Positions 9,527 through 19,600 of a stretch of 64,000 bases of DNA are shown here, in pieces. A program made the translations under genes and the position numbers. A model generated the notes under the pieces. It was given only the letters and a program-made list of their open reading frames with translations, was not told where the DNA came from and searched no databases. This stretch comes from an uncultured Gemmatimonadales bacterium (GTDB lineage: Bacteria; Gemmatimonadota; Gemmatimonadetes; Gemmatimonadales; GWC2-71-9): contig CAVZZO010000003.1 in assembly GCA_963779755.1 (NCBI GenBank), positions 1,728,001 to 1,792,000 of the forward strand, given 5' to 3'. Each line of letters begins with the position of its first letter. The first letter of the stretch is position 1.

Positions 9527-10857
9527 TGCCCCGAATCCGTGTCGCCGCGCTCGCCGCCGCACTGCTGGCGCTCCCGGCCCCTCTCTGGGCGCACGGCGGC
9601 CACGCCGAGGCGCTGGCCTGGCAGGCCGATCCGCCGATCGTGATTCTGCTGGCAGCCGGCGCCGCGCTCTACGCCGCCGGGATCGCCCGGTTGTGGCGGG
9701 AGGCCGGCATCGGCACCGGCGTGCCCCGGTGGCGGGCGGCCTGCTTCACCGGCGGCCTGCTTGCGGTGGTGCTGGCGCTCCTGTCGCCGCTCGACGCCCT
9801 GGGCGACCAGCTCTTCGCGGCGCACATGATCCAGCACCTGGTGCTCATCCTGATCGCGGCGCCGCTCCTGGTCCTGGGCGCGCCGGCGCTGGTCCTGCTC
9901 TGGGCGCTGCCCGGCGGGGCCCGGCGGCGCACCGGTGAGTGGTGGCGCACCGGGCCGCTTCTGCCCCGGCTCATCCGGGTGCTCACCCGCCCGGCGGCGG
10001 CCTGGGGCCTGGCCGTCGGTGCCCTGCTCTTCTGGCACATGCCGGGACCGTTCCAGGCCGCGCTCGGCAGCGACACGGTGCACGCGGCGGAACATCTCAG
10101 CTTTCTGGGGACCGCCGCGCTGTTCTGGTGGGTGGTGCTGCAGCCGGTGGGCCGCCGGCAGCTGGGCCACGGCGGCGCCATCCTCTACGTCTTCACCGCG
10201 GGCCTGGTAAGCAGCGGCCTCGGCGCCCTGCTCACCTTCGCCGTCCGGCCCTGGTACCCGCTGCAGACCGGCGGCTTCGCCCGCTTCGGACTCACACCGC
10301 TGGAGGACCAGCAGGTGGCGGGGCTCGTCATGTGGATTCCCGCGGGCCTGATCTACCTGGGAGCGGCGGCCTGGCTGTTCGTCGCATGGCTCCGCGCCGA
10401 CGAGCGGGCCGACGAGCGGCGCGAACGGAGTTTCCATCCTGCATTGGGGGAACGGATGACCCAGCAGCAACGACCCCGCAGCCGCGCGGTGGTCCTGGCC
10501 TGGGCCGCGCTGGCGCTCGCCGGCCTCGGCACCAGCAGCTGCGGCCATGAGATTCATGCCGCGCGATCGGTTGAGGGCGGCGATCCCGCGATGGGCAAGG
10601 CGCTCATCGTCTCCTACGGCTGCGGGGCCTGCCACGTCATCCCGGGCGTGGACAATGCCCACGGCATGGTGGGCCCGCCGCTCACCCATTTCGGCCAGCG
10701 GGTGTATATCGCCGGCGAGGTGGCCAACACGCCGCAGTATCTGATCCGCTGGATCACCGTGCCACAGGCCATCGAGCCGGGCACCGCCATGCCCAACCTG
10801 GGCGTGACCGATGCCCAGGCGCGGGATATCGCGGCCTACCTCTATACCCTGCAATGA
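9526..10857 (+). CDS. CtaG-type oxidase assembly protein fused to a class I cytochrome c
   Basis: LSPLD...AHMIQH...APLL; WH-P; DQQVAGLVMWIP; then CGACH...PGTAMP in the same frame. Confidence 0.85.
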   Translation: MPRIRVAALAAALLALPAPLWAHGGHAEALAWQADPPIVILLAAGAALYAAGIARLWREAGIGTGVPRWRAACFTGGLLAVVLALLSPLDALGDQLFAAHMIQHLVLILIAAPLLVLGAPALVLLWALPGGARRRTGEWWRTGPLLPRLIRVLTRPAAAWGLAVGALLFWHMPGPFQAALGSDTVHAAEHLSFLGTAALFWWVVLQPVGRRQLGHGGAILYVFTAGLVSSGLGALLTFAVRPWYPLQTGGFARFGLTPLEDQQVAGLVMWIPAGLIYLGAAAWLFVAWLRADERADERRERSFHPALGERMTQQQRPRSRAVVLAWAALALAGLGTSSCGHEIHAARSVEGGDPAMGKALIVSYGCGACHVIPGVDNAHGMVGPPLTHFGQRVYIAGEVANTPQYLIRWITVPQAIEPGTAMPNLGVTDAQARDIAAYLYTLQ

Positions 10858-11564
10858 GGAAGCGCTTCGCCGCCGCCTTCCTGGCCCTGGCCCTGGCCCT
10901 GGCTCCCGCCGGGCTATGGGCGCAGTTCGATTCGCTGTCGCTGCAGAGCGCCGTCGATTCCGCCCCCCTCAAGGTCAATGAGGAGGGCCAAGCGGCCCGG
11001 CTGCCGCCCCTGCCCGCGGGAATGACGCTGGATATGATCCGGCGGGGTGACTCCCTGTTCCACGGGCCGGGAGGATGTTTCGTCTGTCACGGGGTGGAAG
11101 CCGAGAGCCGCCCGGGCGCGGGCGATGCCCTGACCACGGCGCTCACCTACGTGCCCTACCGCTGGGATTCCATCGACAGCCTCATCAATCACGGCATTCC
11201 GGACGATATCACCCGCAGCGGGCTTTCGATGCCGGCGCGGGGCGCCCGGTCCAATCTCGATTCCCTGCAGGTGCGCGAGGTTTCGGCCTACGTCTGGGCC
11301 ATCAGCCAGACCCGGGGCGAGCCCTGGCCCGGCGGGCATGCGAGCCATTTCGCCATGGTGCCGGTTGGGGCCAGCAGCGGCACCGACGCGGCCTATGCCG
11401 GGGGCGGCGCGGCCAACCCCGGGCAGCCCGGCACCGGCACGTCCAGCACCGGGGCCGGCCGCCAGGCGATGGCAATCACCTGGTCGCTGGTGGGGGTGTC
11501 GCTGCTGGTACTGCTGGTGATCAATTTCGAGGTGATCAAACCGAGACGGAGTCGTAAGACGTGA
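10854..11564 (+). CDS. Exported c-type cytochrome with C-terminal membrane anchor
   Basis: Signal peptide; CFVCH; SMPARG; hydrophobic C-terminus with basic tail. Confidence 0.85.
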   Translation: MRKRFAAAFLALALALAPAGLWAQFDSLSLQSAVDSAPLKVNEEGQAARLPPLPAGMTLDMIRRGDSLFHGPGGCFVCHGVEAESRPGAGDALTTALTYVPYRWDSIDSLINHGIPDDITRSGLSMPARGARSNLDSLQVREVSAYVWAISQTRGEPWPGGHASHFAMVPVGASSGTDAAYAGGGAANPGQPGTGTSSTGAGRQAMAITWSLVGVSLLVLLVINFEVIKPRRSRKT

Positions 11565-11574
11565 GATGTGAGAT

Positions 11575-12033
11575 GTGAGTCGCGATCTGCTGCCGGCCCG
11601 CCGTAACCCCGTCGCCCGTCTGTTTCTCCGGGCCCTGCGCCGCCGCTGCCCCGCCTGCGGCGGGAGACCGCTGTTCGTCACCTGGTTCCGCATGGTGCCG
11701 AACTGTCCGGTGTGCGGCCTGGAGCTGGAGCGGGGTGAGCAGGGGTACTGGCTGGGGGCCTACTTTTTCAACCTGATGGCCATGGAGGTGGCGTTCGTCG
11801 TCTTCCTGGGGCCCGCGCTGATCCTCACCTGGCCCCATCCTCCCTGGCAGCTGTTGAAGTATCTCTCGCTGGCGCTGATGGTGGTGGTGCCGGTGGCGTT
11901 CTTTCCCTGGTCCAAGACCCTGTTCCTGGCATTCGACCTGATGGTCCGTCCGCCGGAGCCGGGAGAATTCGAGGCGCCGCGGGAGGCTCCCCTCAACCGG
12001 CCCTGGCGCCGGGGTCCGCCCGAACCCGGCTGA
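11575..12033 (+). CDS. DUF983-like zinc-ribbon membrane protein
   Basis: RCPACG...CPVCG...ERGEQGYWLGA; two TM helices. Confidence 0.75.
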   Translation: MSRDLLPARRNPVARLFLRALRRRCPACGGRPLFVTWFRMVPNCPVCGLELERGEQGYWLGAYFFNLMAMEVAFVVFLGPALILTWPHPPWQLLKYLSLALMVVVPVAFFPWSKTLFLAFDLMVRPPEPGEFEAPREAPLNRPWRRGPPEPG

Positions 12034-12080
12034 TCCTCACGGGCCACCCTGATCGTAGCCCGGCCGGCGGCCCCAGCGCC

Positions 12081-13640
12081 TCAGGTGCCCACCGACCGCA
12101 GCTGTACCGGCTCCTGCTCCTCGCTGCTCTTCAGGTAGGCGGTGGGATCGTGCATCAGCGCGCCCTCGGGGAGATGCTGATAGAGAGGTCCCAGCTCCTT
12201 TTCGATCCGCTGGCGGTAGAACTCCGGCAGATCCGTCGTCTCGCCCTCAAAGAAGTCCCGGACCGAGCGGTCGGTATCCAGCAGGCGCCGCATCATGGTG
12301 TGATAGCGGATCCGGCCAAAGCCCTCCGACGACACCGCGCGCACGAAATTCATCCACTTGGGGATGGCCGTGGCGGTGGCGGGAATGCGCCGGGCGATGG
12401 CTCGCCAGGAGAAGGAATGGCGGCTCACCTGCACCACGGCGTCGTAGAATTCCGTCCAACTGTAGTTCAGCGGCCGGACGTTCATCGCGTGGTTGTTGTT
12501 CAGGAAATGGAAGGGGAATGGCAGCACCCGCCCGGCCCGCTGGTAGTCGAGATTGAGCGGGGCGGCCCGCCCGAAGGCCGACAGCAGCGAATAGGCCGGG
12601 AAGGCGCCGGGCGAGAGCTCGATGAACTTCTGCGTCAGCTCGAACGGCTCCGGCCCATCGTCGGTGTCCATCCCCAGCACGAAATTGGTCTGGATGTAGG
12701 GGATGTACCGCAGGATCATGTTGACGTGGTCGGACACCTGGCGGACCTTGTCCATGCCCGTGCGCCGGGTCTTGGATTTGTTCCCCAGGTCGTACCACGA
12801 TTCGATCCCCGGCAGGATGGCGCGGAAGCCGTTGTCGCGCAGCCGCTGCAAGTGCGGCTCCGACAGGAGCGACAGGCTGCTCTCGGCAATGTGGCGCATA
12901 CGCCCGCGCGGCACGGCCGCCTCGATGGCGTCCATGTAGTCGTTGAAGCGGACTCCGAAATTCGGATCGTGCCAGCCGACAATCGGGTTGCGAAACTTCG
13001 TCAGCAGGAACTTGAGGTCGGCGCTCATCTGCGCGAAGCTGAGCGGCTGGTATTCCACCGTGGAATCGATGCAGAAACAGCAGGTGTAGGGGCACCCCAG
13101 GCTGCCGATCATCGGGACGATCTTGATGGTAGGCGCCTTGGCCAGGGTGGCCTCGACGAACTTCCAGCGCCGCTGCAGCGTGGGGAGCTCCACCGGCTGC
13201 CGCGGCGCCGAGATCTGGACGCCCATGGGGCGGTGCGGCTCGCAGTCGCGCAGCAACTCGTCAATCGCGTTCCGGTCGGTGAAGCCCAGGACATAGTCGA
13301 AATATTTCTGAGCGTCTTCGGGGTAGCACCGCGCGTGCGGCCCGCCGATGGCGGTCACCGCCCCCCGGCTGCGATACAGATTGCTGAGCGAATAGGCCAA
13401 CTGGGCCGACTGGGTAAAAGCGCCAATGAACAACAGATCGAGATCGGCGGGCAGCTCCCGCCCCAGATCTTCGATCCCGGTATAGCACACCAGCGTGACG
13501 TCGTGCCCCAGCTCCTCGCACCAGACGGCGACGACCTGCGGCATGATGCTGGCAAGATTGGCGTTCATGATACGCCCGTACAGCGATGGGCGGGGACTCT
13601 TGGTCACCAGGTCTAGAATGCCGATGCGGAGCCTGCGCAC
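12081..13640 (-). CDS. B12-binding-domain radical SAM protein (start uncertain)
   Basis: IGGPHA B12-domain motif; SLGCPYTCCFC (CxxxCxxC); DPNF; GIES; FVLGMD. Confidence 0.88.
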   Translation of the reverse strand: MRRLRIGILDLVTKSPRPSLYGRIMNANLASIMPQVVAVWCEELGHDVTLVCYTGIEDLGRELPADLDLLFIGAFTQSAQLAYSLSNLYRSRGAVTAIGGPHARCYPEDAQKYFDYVLGFTDRNAIDELLRDCEPHRPMGVQISAPRQPVELPTLQRRWKFVEATLAKAPTIKIVPMIGSLGCPYTCCFCIDSTVEYQPLSFAQMSADLKFLLTKFRNPIVGWHDPNFGVRFNDYMDAIEAAVPRGRMRHIAESSLSLLSEPHLQRLRDNGFRAILPGIESWYDLGNKSKTRRTGMDKVRQVSDHVNMILRYIPYIQTNFVLGMDTDDGPEPFELTQKFIELSPGAFPAYSLLSAFGRAAPLNLDYQRAGRVLPFPFHFLNNNHAMNVRPLNYSWTEFYDAVVQVSRHSFSWRAIARRIPATATAIPKWMNFVRAVSSEGFGRIRYHTMMRRLLDTDRSVRDFFEGETTDLPEFYRQRIEKELGPLYQHLPEGALMHDPTAYLKSSEEQEPVQLRSVGT

Positions 13641-14020
13641 AGAGAAGCACCTCGCGATGGGGAAAACCCCGCGCAACCTGCCGGGGTTTCAGTACGATGG
13701 ACACGGTCAGGCAATTGGCCCACGAATGCGCGGACGCCGTTCCGTTGGCGTTTCCTGTCCGTTGGGGCGAAACAAGGGGGTCCCACCGCCGGGCGGCGGC
13801 TCATTCTGACCCGATAAGGCGCGGATCGTCCTCCAGCGAAGCCCGCGAAATACCTGCAGGACCGTTTCGCGGTGTAGGGATATTCACCCCCACGTCCCCG
13901 GTCTGTCAACAACCCACGTCACATCCGGCCCCGGGGGGCCGGTCTAGCCTGTCCTTCTCGCAGGTCAGATTTTCATGGAAGCAGGCCGCCGGAGCCTCAG
14001 CGAGAGGGCGGGCGCGAGCG

Positions 14021-14064
14021 CTGAGGACTGAGGAACTGAAGAGTGAGGAGTGAAGACTGAAGAC
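14021..14064. repeat. Heptamer array (CTGAGGA-type); inverted partner at 14323-14347
   Basis: ctgagga ctgagga a ctgaaga gtgagga gtgaaga ctgaaga vs tcctcag tcctcag tcccagg. Confidence 0.7.
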
Positions 14065-14073
14065 CCGGCGGAG

Positions 14074-14313
14074 TTAGCAGCCGACCGGCCACCGCTCCAC
14101 CCGGAAGTCGTAGCCCATACCGTCGAAAGCATCCAGGCTGAGCAGGAGCCGGCGATCCAGGCCCACCCTGAAGGCTCGCAGACATACCCGACGGGCCCCG
14201 TGGCCGCTCGCCACCTCGGCGTGGATCGGATGCCCCCCGATGGGCGAGCGCCGGGTCGCACGAACTGCCCGGCCTTCCCGGGTTGACATGCTGATCACGC
14301 GATACGCATGCAT
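14074..14313 (-). pseudogene. Short DUF1203-like ORF, apparently internally deleted
   Basis: VRATRRSPIGGHPIHAEVASGHG...CLRAFRVG.DRRLL joined directly to GYDFRVER; RBS GAGGAG; follows ada. Confidence 0.5.
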
Positions 14314-14325
14314 TCTTCCCGCTCC

Positions 14326-15390
14326 TCAGTCCTCAGTCCCAGGTCCCTTCTGCTCCAGCTCCAGCAGCCACCTCTTCCGCCACAGCCCCCCGCCGTAGCC
14401 GGACAGGCTGCCGTCGGCGCGGACGACACGGTGGCAGGGAATGACGATGGCAATGCGGTTGTCGCCGTTGGCGCGCCCCACCGCCCGCCGCGCCAGCGGC
14501 CGCCCGATGGCGCGCGCCTCGTCGTCGTAGCTGCGGGTCTCGCCATAGGGGATGTTGCGCAGGAACGTCCACGCCTGGCGCTGGAACGGCGTTCCGCCGA
14601 GCACCAGGGGCACGGTGAATTCCCGCAGCGCGCCCTGGAAATAGCGGGCCAGCTCCCCCTGGAGACGCGCCAGGTGCGGATGATCGCCGGGTGCGATGGC
14701 GGCGTCGAGCGCCTTGCGGATGCGGCGCACCTGGGTCTCCAGCATGGGGCGATCGGCGAACTCGAGCAGGCAGATCCCCTCATCGCTCGCCCCGGCCACC
14801 ATGGGGCCAAGCGGCGTGGCCACCCGGGTAAGAACCACGGGGGTGGTGCCCCGGCTGCGGCCCGGGGTCTCGCCGAACAGCTGCTCGAACGCGTCGCGGA
14901 ACCCGCTGGGCGACTCGTACCCGTGCTCGTAGGCCAGGCGGGTGAGATCCTCGCCCTGCTGGATCCGGCCCATGGCCAGCCCCAGACGGCGGGCGCGCTG
15001 GTAGGCCTGGAAGGTCATGCCGTGGGTGGAGCGGAACCAGCGGCGCACCCGGGCAGGTTCCAGGCCCAGCGTGCGGATACCCTGATCGGTGATCCGGCGC
15101 GCGGGGTCGTGTTCCACTTCAGCCAGCAGCGGGCGGAGCCACTCCGGTGCCGTGCCGTTCGGCTCCATGGGCCGGCAGCGCTTGCAGGGCCGGTAGCCGG
15201 CCAGCAGGGCCTCGCGGGCGCTGGGGTAGAATTCAATGTTTTCGGGCTTGGGCCGACGGGCCGGGCAGGTCGGCCGGCAGAAAATACCGGTGGTTCGGAC
15301 GGCGGTGAGAAAGAGGCCGTCCCAGGCCGGGTCGCGCTCTTCGAAGGCGCGGAGCATCCGGTCCGATCGGGGCAGAGTGGCGCTGGTCAT
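14326..15390 (-). CDS. ada: Bifunctional Ada: Zn/AraC regulator plus methylated-DNA-protein-cysteine methyltransferase
   Basis: TTGIFCRPTCPARRP; GYRPCKRC; AraC HTH GYESPSGFR; IPCHRVV. Confidence 0.95.
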   Translation of the reverse strand: MTSATLPRSDRMLRAFEERDPAWDGLFLTAVRTTGIFCRPTCPARRPKPENIEFYPSAREALLAGYRPCKRCRPMEPNGTAPEWLRPLLAEVEHDPARRITDQGIRTLGLEPARVRRWFRSTHGMTFQAYQRARRLGLAMGRIQQGEDLTRLAYEHGYESPSGFRDAFEQLFGETPGRSRGTTPVVLTRVATPLGPMVAGASDEGICLLEFADRPMLETQVRRIRKALDAAIAPGDHPHLARLQGELARYFQGALREFTVPLVLGGTPFQRQAWTFLRNIPYGETRSYDDEARAIGRPLARRAVGRANGDNRIAIVIPCHRVVRADGSLSGYGGGLWRKRWLLELEQKGPGTED

Positions 15391-15493
15391 GGCTCGGAAT
15401 CTAGGGCCAGGGCGTATCCGCGCTACCGAAAAATGAACAGGGAATCCACAGGATACGAATGTACACCGATGTCGCCGATTGATCCGGCGCGTC

Positions 15494-15964
15494 TCACCGT
15501 CCGGTTCCATCGCTGGCCCCGCGGATCGGGACTGCCACGGTGCCCTCCCCGGCCCTGGCGAAGTCGAGTTCCACCCGGACACTGTCCCCGGCCGCGAGCC
15601 GGGCGCCGGGGAGGGTAAACATGATATGGCTGCCGCCCATGAGAAGCTGGATGATCCCCCCCGGGTTGATGGGACGGGGCAGGTCCGGCACCATAGTCAT
15701 CATTCCGCCGGCCTCACGCATGTCGTGCAGCATGGCCGGGGCGCCGTTCACCCGCACGGCCTCCAGGGTGTCGGCGGTGACCCCGTGGTTTGCCATGGTG
15801 AAAAAGACGGTCCCCTCGTCCGGAAAGCTGAGCCGGGCAAAGGCGTCCCGGATCTCGATAGGTCCGATGGTTCCCTGCCCCGTAGCGGGGGCTCGATGAC
15901 AGGCCGCCAGAAGCAGCAGCGTCATCCATCCGGAGAAGGACCGGAAGCGCGGATGAGAAGCCAT
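15494..15964 (-). CDS. PCu(A)C family periplasmic copper chaperone lipoprotein
   Basis: Lipobox LAAC; LHDM...GMMTM...GGSHIM copper-site pattern. Confidence 0.8.
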   Translation of the reverse strand: MASHPRFRSFSGWMTLLLLAACHRAPATGQGTIGPIEIRDAFARLSFPDEGTVFFTMANHGVTADTLEAVRVNGAPAMLHDMREAGGMMTMVPDLPRPINPGGIIQLLMGGSHIMFTLPGARLAAGDSVRVELDFARAGEGTVAVPIRGASDGTGR

Positions 15965-16077
15965 AGGTATGCCCCGTTCTTGAAGTTATGCGGACAACGG
16001 CCCCGGCGCCCCGATGCGCCTCCGGGAAATCCGGGCTATTATGGATCGGGCTGTCTCCATCCGGTCTCCGGCGAACG

Positions 16078-16683
16078 ATGCCTCACTCCACCTCCCCATC
16101 CGTCAGTCACCTGCTCCGGGAGCTGCGGGCGGGGAACCGCGCTGCATTCGACGAGCTCCTTCCGCTGGTCTATGACGAGCTGCACCGGCTGGCCAGCCGC
16201 CAGCGGCGCCGGTGGGAGGGCGACGAGACGCTCGACACCACCGCCCTGGTCCATGAAGCCTATCTCAAGCTGGCCGGCCAATCGGCCCCCGAATGGCAGA
16301 ACCGTGCCCATTTCCTGAGCGTGGCCGCGACCGCCATGCGGCAGATCCTCATCGACTACGCCAAGCGGAAGTGCGCCGCCAAACGCGGCGGCCAGCGGCC
16401 GCATGTGCCCCTGCACGAGCTCGAGTCCGTCCTGCTCCAGATGGAGCCCTCGTCCGAAGTCTGTGACGAGATCCTGGTCGCGCTCGACGAGTCGCTTCGC
16501 CGTCTGGAGCGGAGCAACCCGCGGCAGATGCGGATTGTCGAGTGCCGGTTCTTCGGCGGCATGTCCGTCGAAGACACCGCCGAGGCGCTCGGCGTATCGC
16601 CCGCGACCGTGAAGCGCGGCTGGGGAATGGCCCAGGCGTGGCTATATCGCGACCTCAAACAGACGGTTGAGGGCGCCCGGTGA
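16078..16683 (+). CDS. ECF sigma factor, kinase-associated (ECF43/TIGR02999-like)
   Basis: LLPLVYDELHRLA; TLDTTALVHEAYLKL; AMRQILIDYA..K.AAKRGG; VECRFFGG. Confidence 0.9.
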   Translation: MPHSTSPSVSHLLRELRAGNRAAFDELLPLVYDELHRLASRQRRRWEGDETLDTTALVHEAYLKLAGQSAPEWQNRAHFLSVAATAMRQILIDYAKRKCAAKRGGQRPHVPLHELESVLLQMEPSSEVCDEILVALDESLRRLERSNPRQMRIVECRFFGGMSVEDTAEALGVSPATVKRGWGMAQAWLYRDLKQTVEGAR

Positions 16684-19600
16684 CCGAACGGGAAGTGGGA
16701 CCCGGGGAGCGGGCCAACCCCGAGCGGCTGGAGGAGCTCTATGAGAGGGCCCGCGAACTGGGTCCCGAAGCCCGAGCCGCGTTCCTGAGCGAAGCCTGCG
16801 GCGGCGACTCCCGGCTGGAGCGGGAGTTGAGTTCGCTGCTGGCGCACGGAGAAACGGGCGAAGCGTTCTTCGCGGGTCTGGCGGAGGTCATCGTTTCGCC
16901 TGCCGTAGGGCACCAGGTTGGCCGCTACCGCCTGATCGGGATCCTGGGAACGGGAGGTATGGGAACGGTCTACCGGGCCCATGACACCCGGCTCGACCGG
17001 GTGGTGGCTCTGAAGTTCCTCCCCTCGTATCTGAGTGCGCAACCGGAAGCCCGGGAGCGGTTCCTGGTAGAGGCGCGTGCCGCGGCGGCCCTGGACCACC
17101 CCAACGTCTGCAGCATTCATGAGATCGGCGAGACCGCAGACGGCCGGCCCTTCATCGCCATGGCCTGTTACGAAGGCGAAACACTCAAGGAGCGGCTGAG
17201 CCGGGGACCCCTGCCGCCGGCGGAAGCGGTACGAATTGCGCTCCAGCTGGCTCGCGGCCTGGGGGCGGCGCATGACCGAGGGATAATTCACCGGGATGTG
17301 AAGCCCGGAAACGTGGTGCTCCCGGCCGACGGCATGGTCCGCTTGCTCGATTTCGGATTGGCCAAGGTGTCGGACGTCAGCATCACCGGCCCCGGCGTCA
17401 CTCCAGGAACAATCGCGTATATGTCGCCCGAGCAGGCGCGGGGCGATCCGGTGGATCCCCGGACCGATCTCTGGAGTCTGGGCGTCGTCCTCTACGAGAT
17501 GCTCACCGGGACCCGTCCGTTCCGGGGCGGGAATGACCGGGTCGTAATCCAGGCGATCTTTCATGAATCTCCGGATCCGCTGCACAAACGAATGCGCGGC
17601 GGCCCCTCCTCCTTGGCGCGGACGGTGGAGCGCCTGCTGCAAAAGGCGCCGGAGGACCGCTATCAAAGCGCGGACGAACTGGCGCGCGATCTGGCCGGGG
17701 GTACTTCCGCCGGCCGCATGGCGGCGGTGCGCGATTGGACGCGGAAGCACACCCGAACGGTTGCGGTAGCCGGGGCGGGGCTCATCGGCGTCATCGCACT
17801 GCTCTCTCTGGGATGGCTCGCCCACCGGCCCGGAAATCTGACCGCTGCTCCCGATTTGAACTCCTCAACTCCCACCATCGCCGTCTTGCCCTTTACCGTG
17901 CGCGGGCCGGGGCTCGAGGTCTGGCACGAGGGCATGGTGGATCTCCTCTCGATGGGACTCGACGGGGCGGCCGGGATCCGGACAGTCAACAGCCGTACCC
18001 TCCTGGCGAGGTGGCATCAGGAGGTCGGGGACCGGGCTCATTCCGATCTCCCGCTGGCCCTGGGCGTCGCCCGCCGCACCGGGGCGCGGTACGCGCTGGT
18101 CGGCTCGGCGGTCGCCGCAGGGGGGCAGATCCGGCTGGGCGCGCAACTCTACGAGGTCGGGAGCGGCCGGGTGTTGGGGCCGGTCCAGGTCGAGGGACCT
18201 GCCGACTCGGTGCTGTCCCTGGTAGACCGCCTGGGAGTGCAGACCCTGGGCCTCATTCCGGAAAAGGATCCTGGCGAGGTTCCTGCGCTCAACCTGGCCA
18301 GTATGACTACCAGTTCACTCGTTGCGCTCAAGGCGTATCTCCAGGGCGAGGATCATTATCGCCGTTCCGAGAACCGCGAGGCCGCCGAGGCCTGGGAGCA
18401 GGCGGTGCGCGCCGATACCCTGTTCGCGCTGGCCTACCTGGGTCTCGCCGATGCCTACGCCTGGCTGGCCAATTATACCAACGCGCTCCGCATGCGGTTT
18501 GTGGAATCGCTGGAGCATGCCAAGGCGATGGAGCAACGCCTCCCCGGCCGTGAGCGGACCACGATGGAGATCCGCTGGGAGCGGCTGACCGGGGTGCGGG
18601 CGGTGGTTCCCACGATCCGGGAGGCTCTCCGGAAATATCCGGATGCCGCCGATATCTGGTATGAGCTGGGCGAGGCCTATCTGCATGATGCGGTGGCAAT
18701 GAGTGGCCCGGAGCAGGCCGAGGAGGCCTTCCGGAAAGCGGCCGGGCTCCAGCCCACCATGGCGCCATACCGTATGCACCTACTCGACTTGGCGTTCAAC
18801 TGGCACGCCGATAGCGCGCAGGTTGCGCGGGAGCTCGAAGCCGATGCCCGGCTTGCCCCCGACGCCCCCAGGACCCGGGGTGGCCGGATCGCATTTGCGC
18901 TGGCCTTCGGTGACAGCGGCGCCCGCGCCCGCGCCCGCGCCGAGGTCCTCACGCTGGATAGCGAATCCGCGGCACAGGTGTATTTCTTCCTCGCCCACCC
19001 GAGGTTTGCCCAACTGCGCGACGCGGTCTACCGGACCATCCTCCCGCGTCTGGACGAAAGCGACCGAATGGCAGTTCAGGAGACGCGCTTCAGGGTCCTC
19101 GGCCTCATGGACGGACGCGTTCACGACGCCCTCGCGACACTGGATGAGCCCGGGACTCCTGGCTTTCTGCGCTACGTCGGCCCCCTCTACCTCTCCATGC
19201 GGGGTATGCCCGTACCGGAAGAACTTCTGAAGCGGACGCTCGCCGCCGCGCGGAAAGACAGTTCCCTCTTCTCGACCCGGACCGCGGCGATGTTTGCTGC
19301 CGGGACGGCCGCCCGCCTGGGCGATTGGAGCGGATACAACGACCTGGTTTCCCGCATGCGTGAACTCGCCGCGCGGGGCCGGGCTGCCGGCGACACGGCG
19401 AGCGCCGGGTATTGGGACTGGGCCGTCCAGGGAACGGAGGCGCATGGGCTGTGGCGACAGGGCCGGAAGGAGGAGGCCCTGCAGGCATTCGAGAGCACCC
19501 TTCCATTCGGTCAGGGTTGGTTCACGCTCTGGAACGTCGGACAGCTTTCGCTCGAGCTCGGCCGCCTGGATCAGGCGGAGCGCGCCTTCCGGGCGCTCTG

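Noticed and set aside
13940..13995. SRP RNA-like CAGGTC...GGAAGCAG
   Set aside because: Lacks the CCGGAAGG tetraloop helix and a long closing stem.
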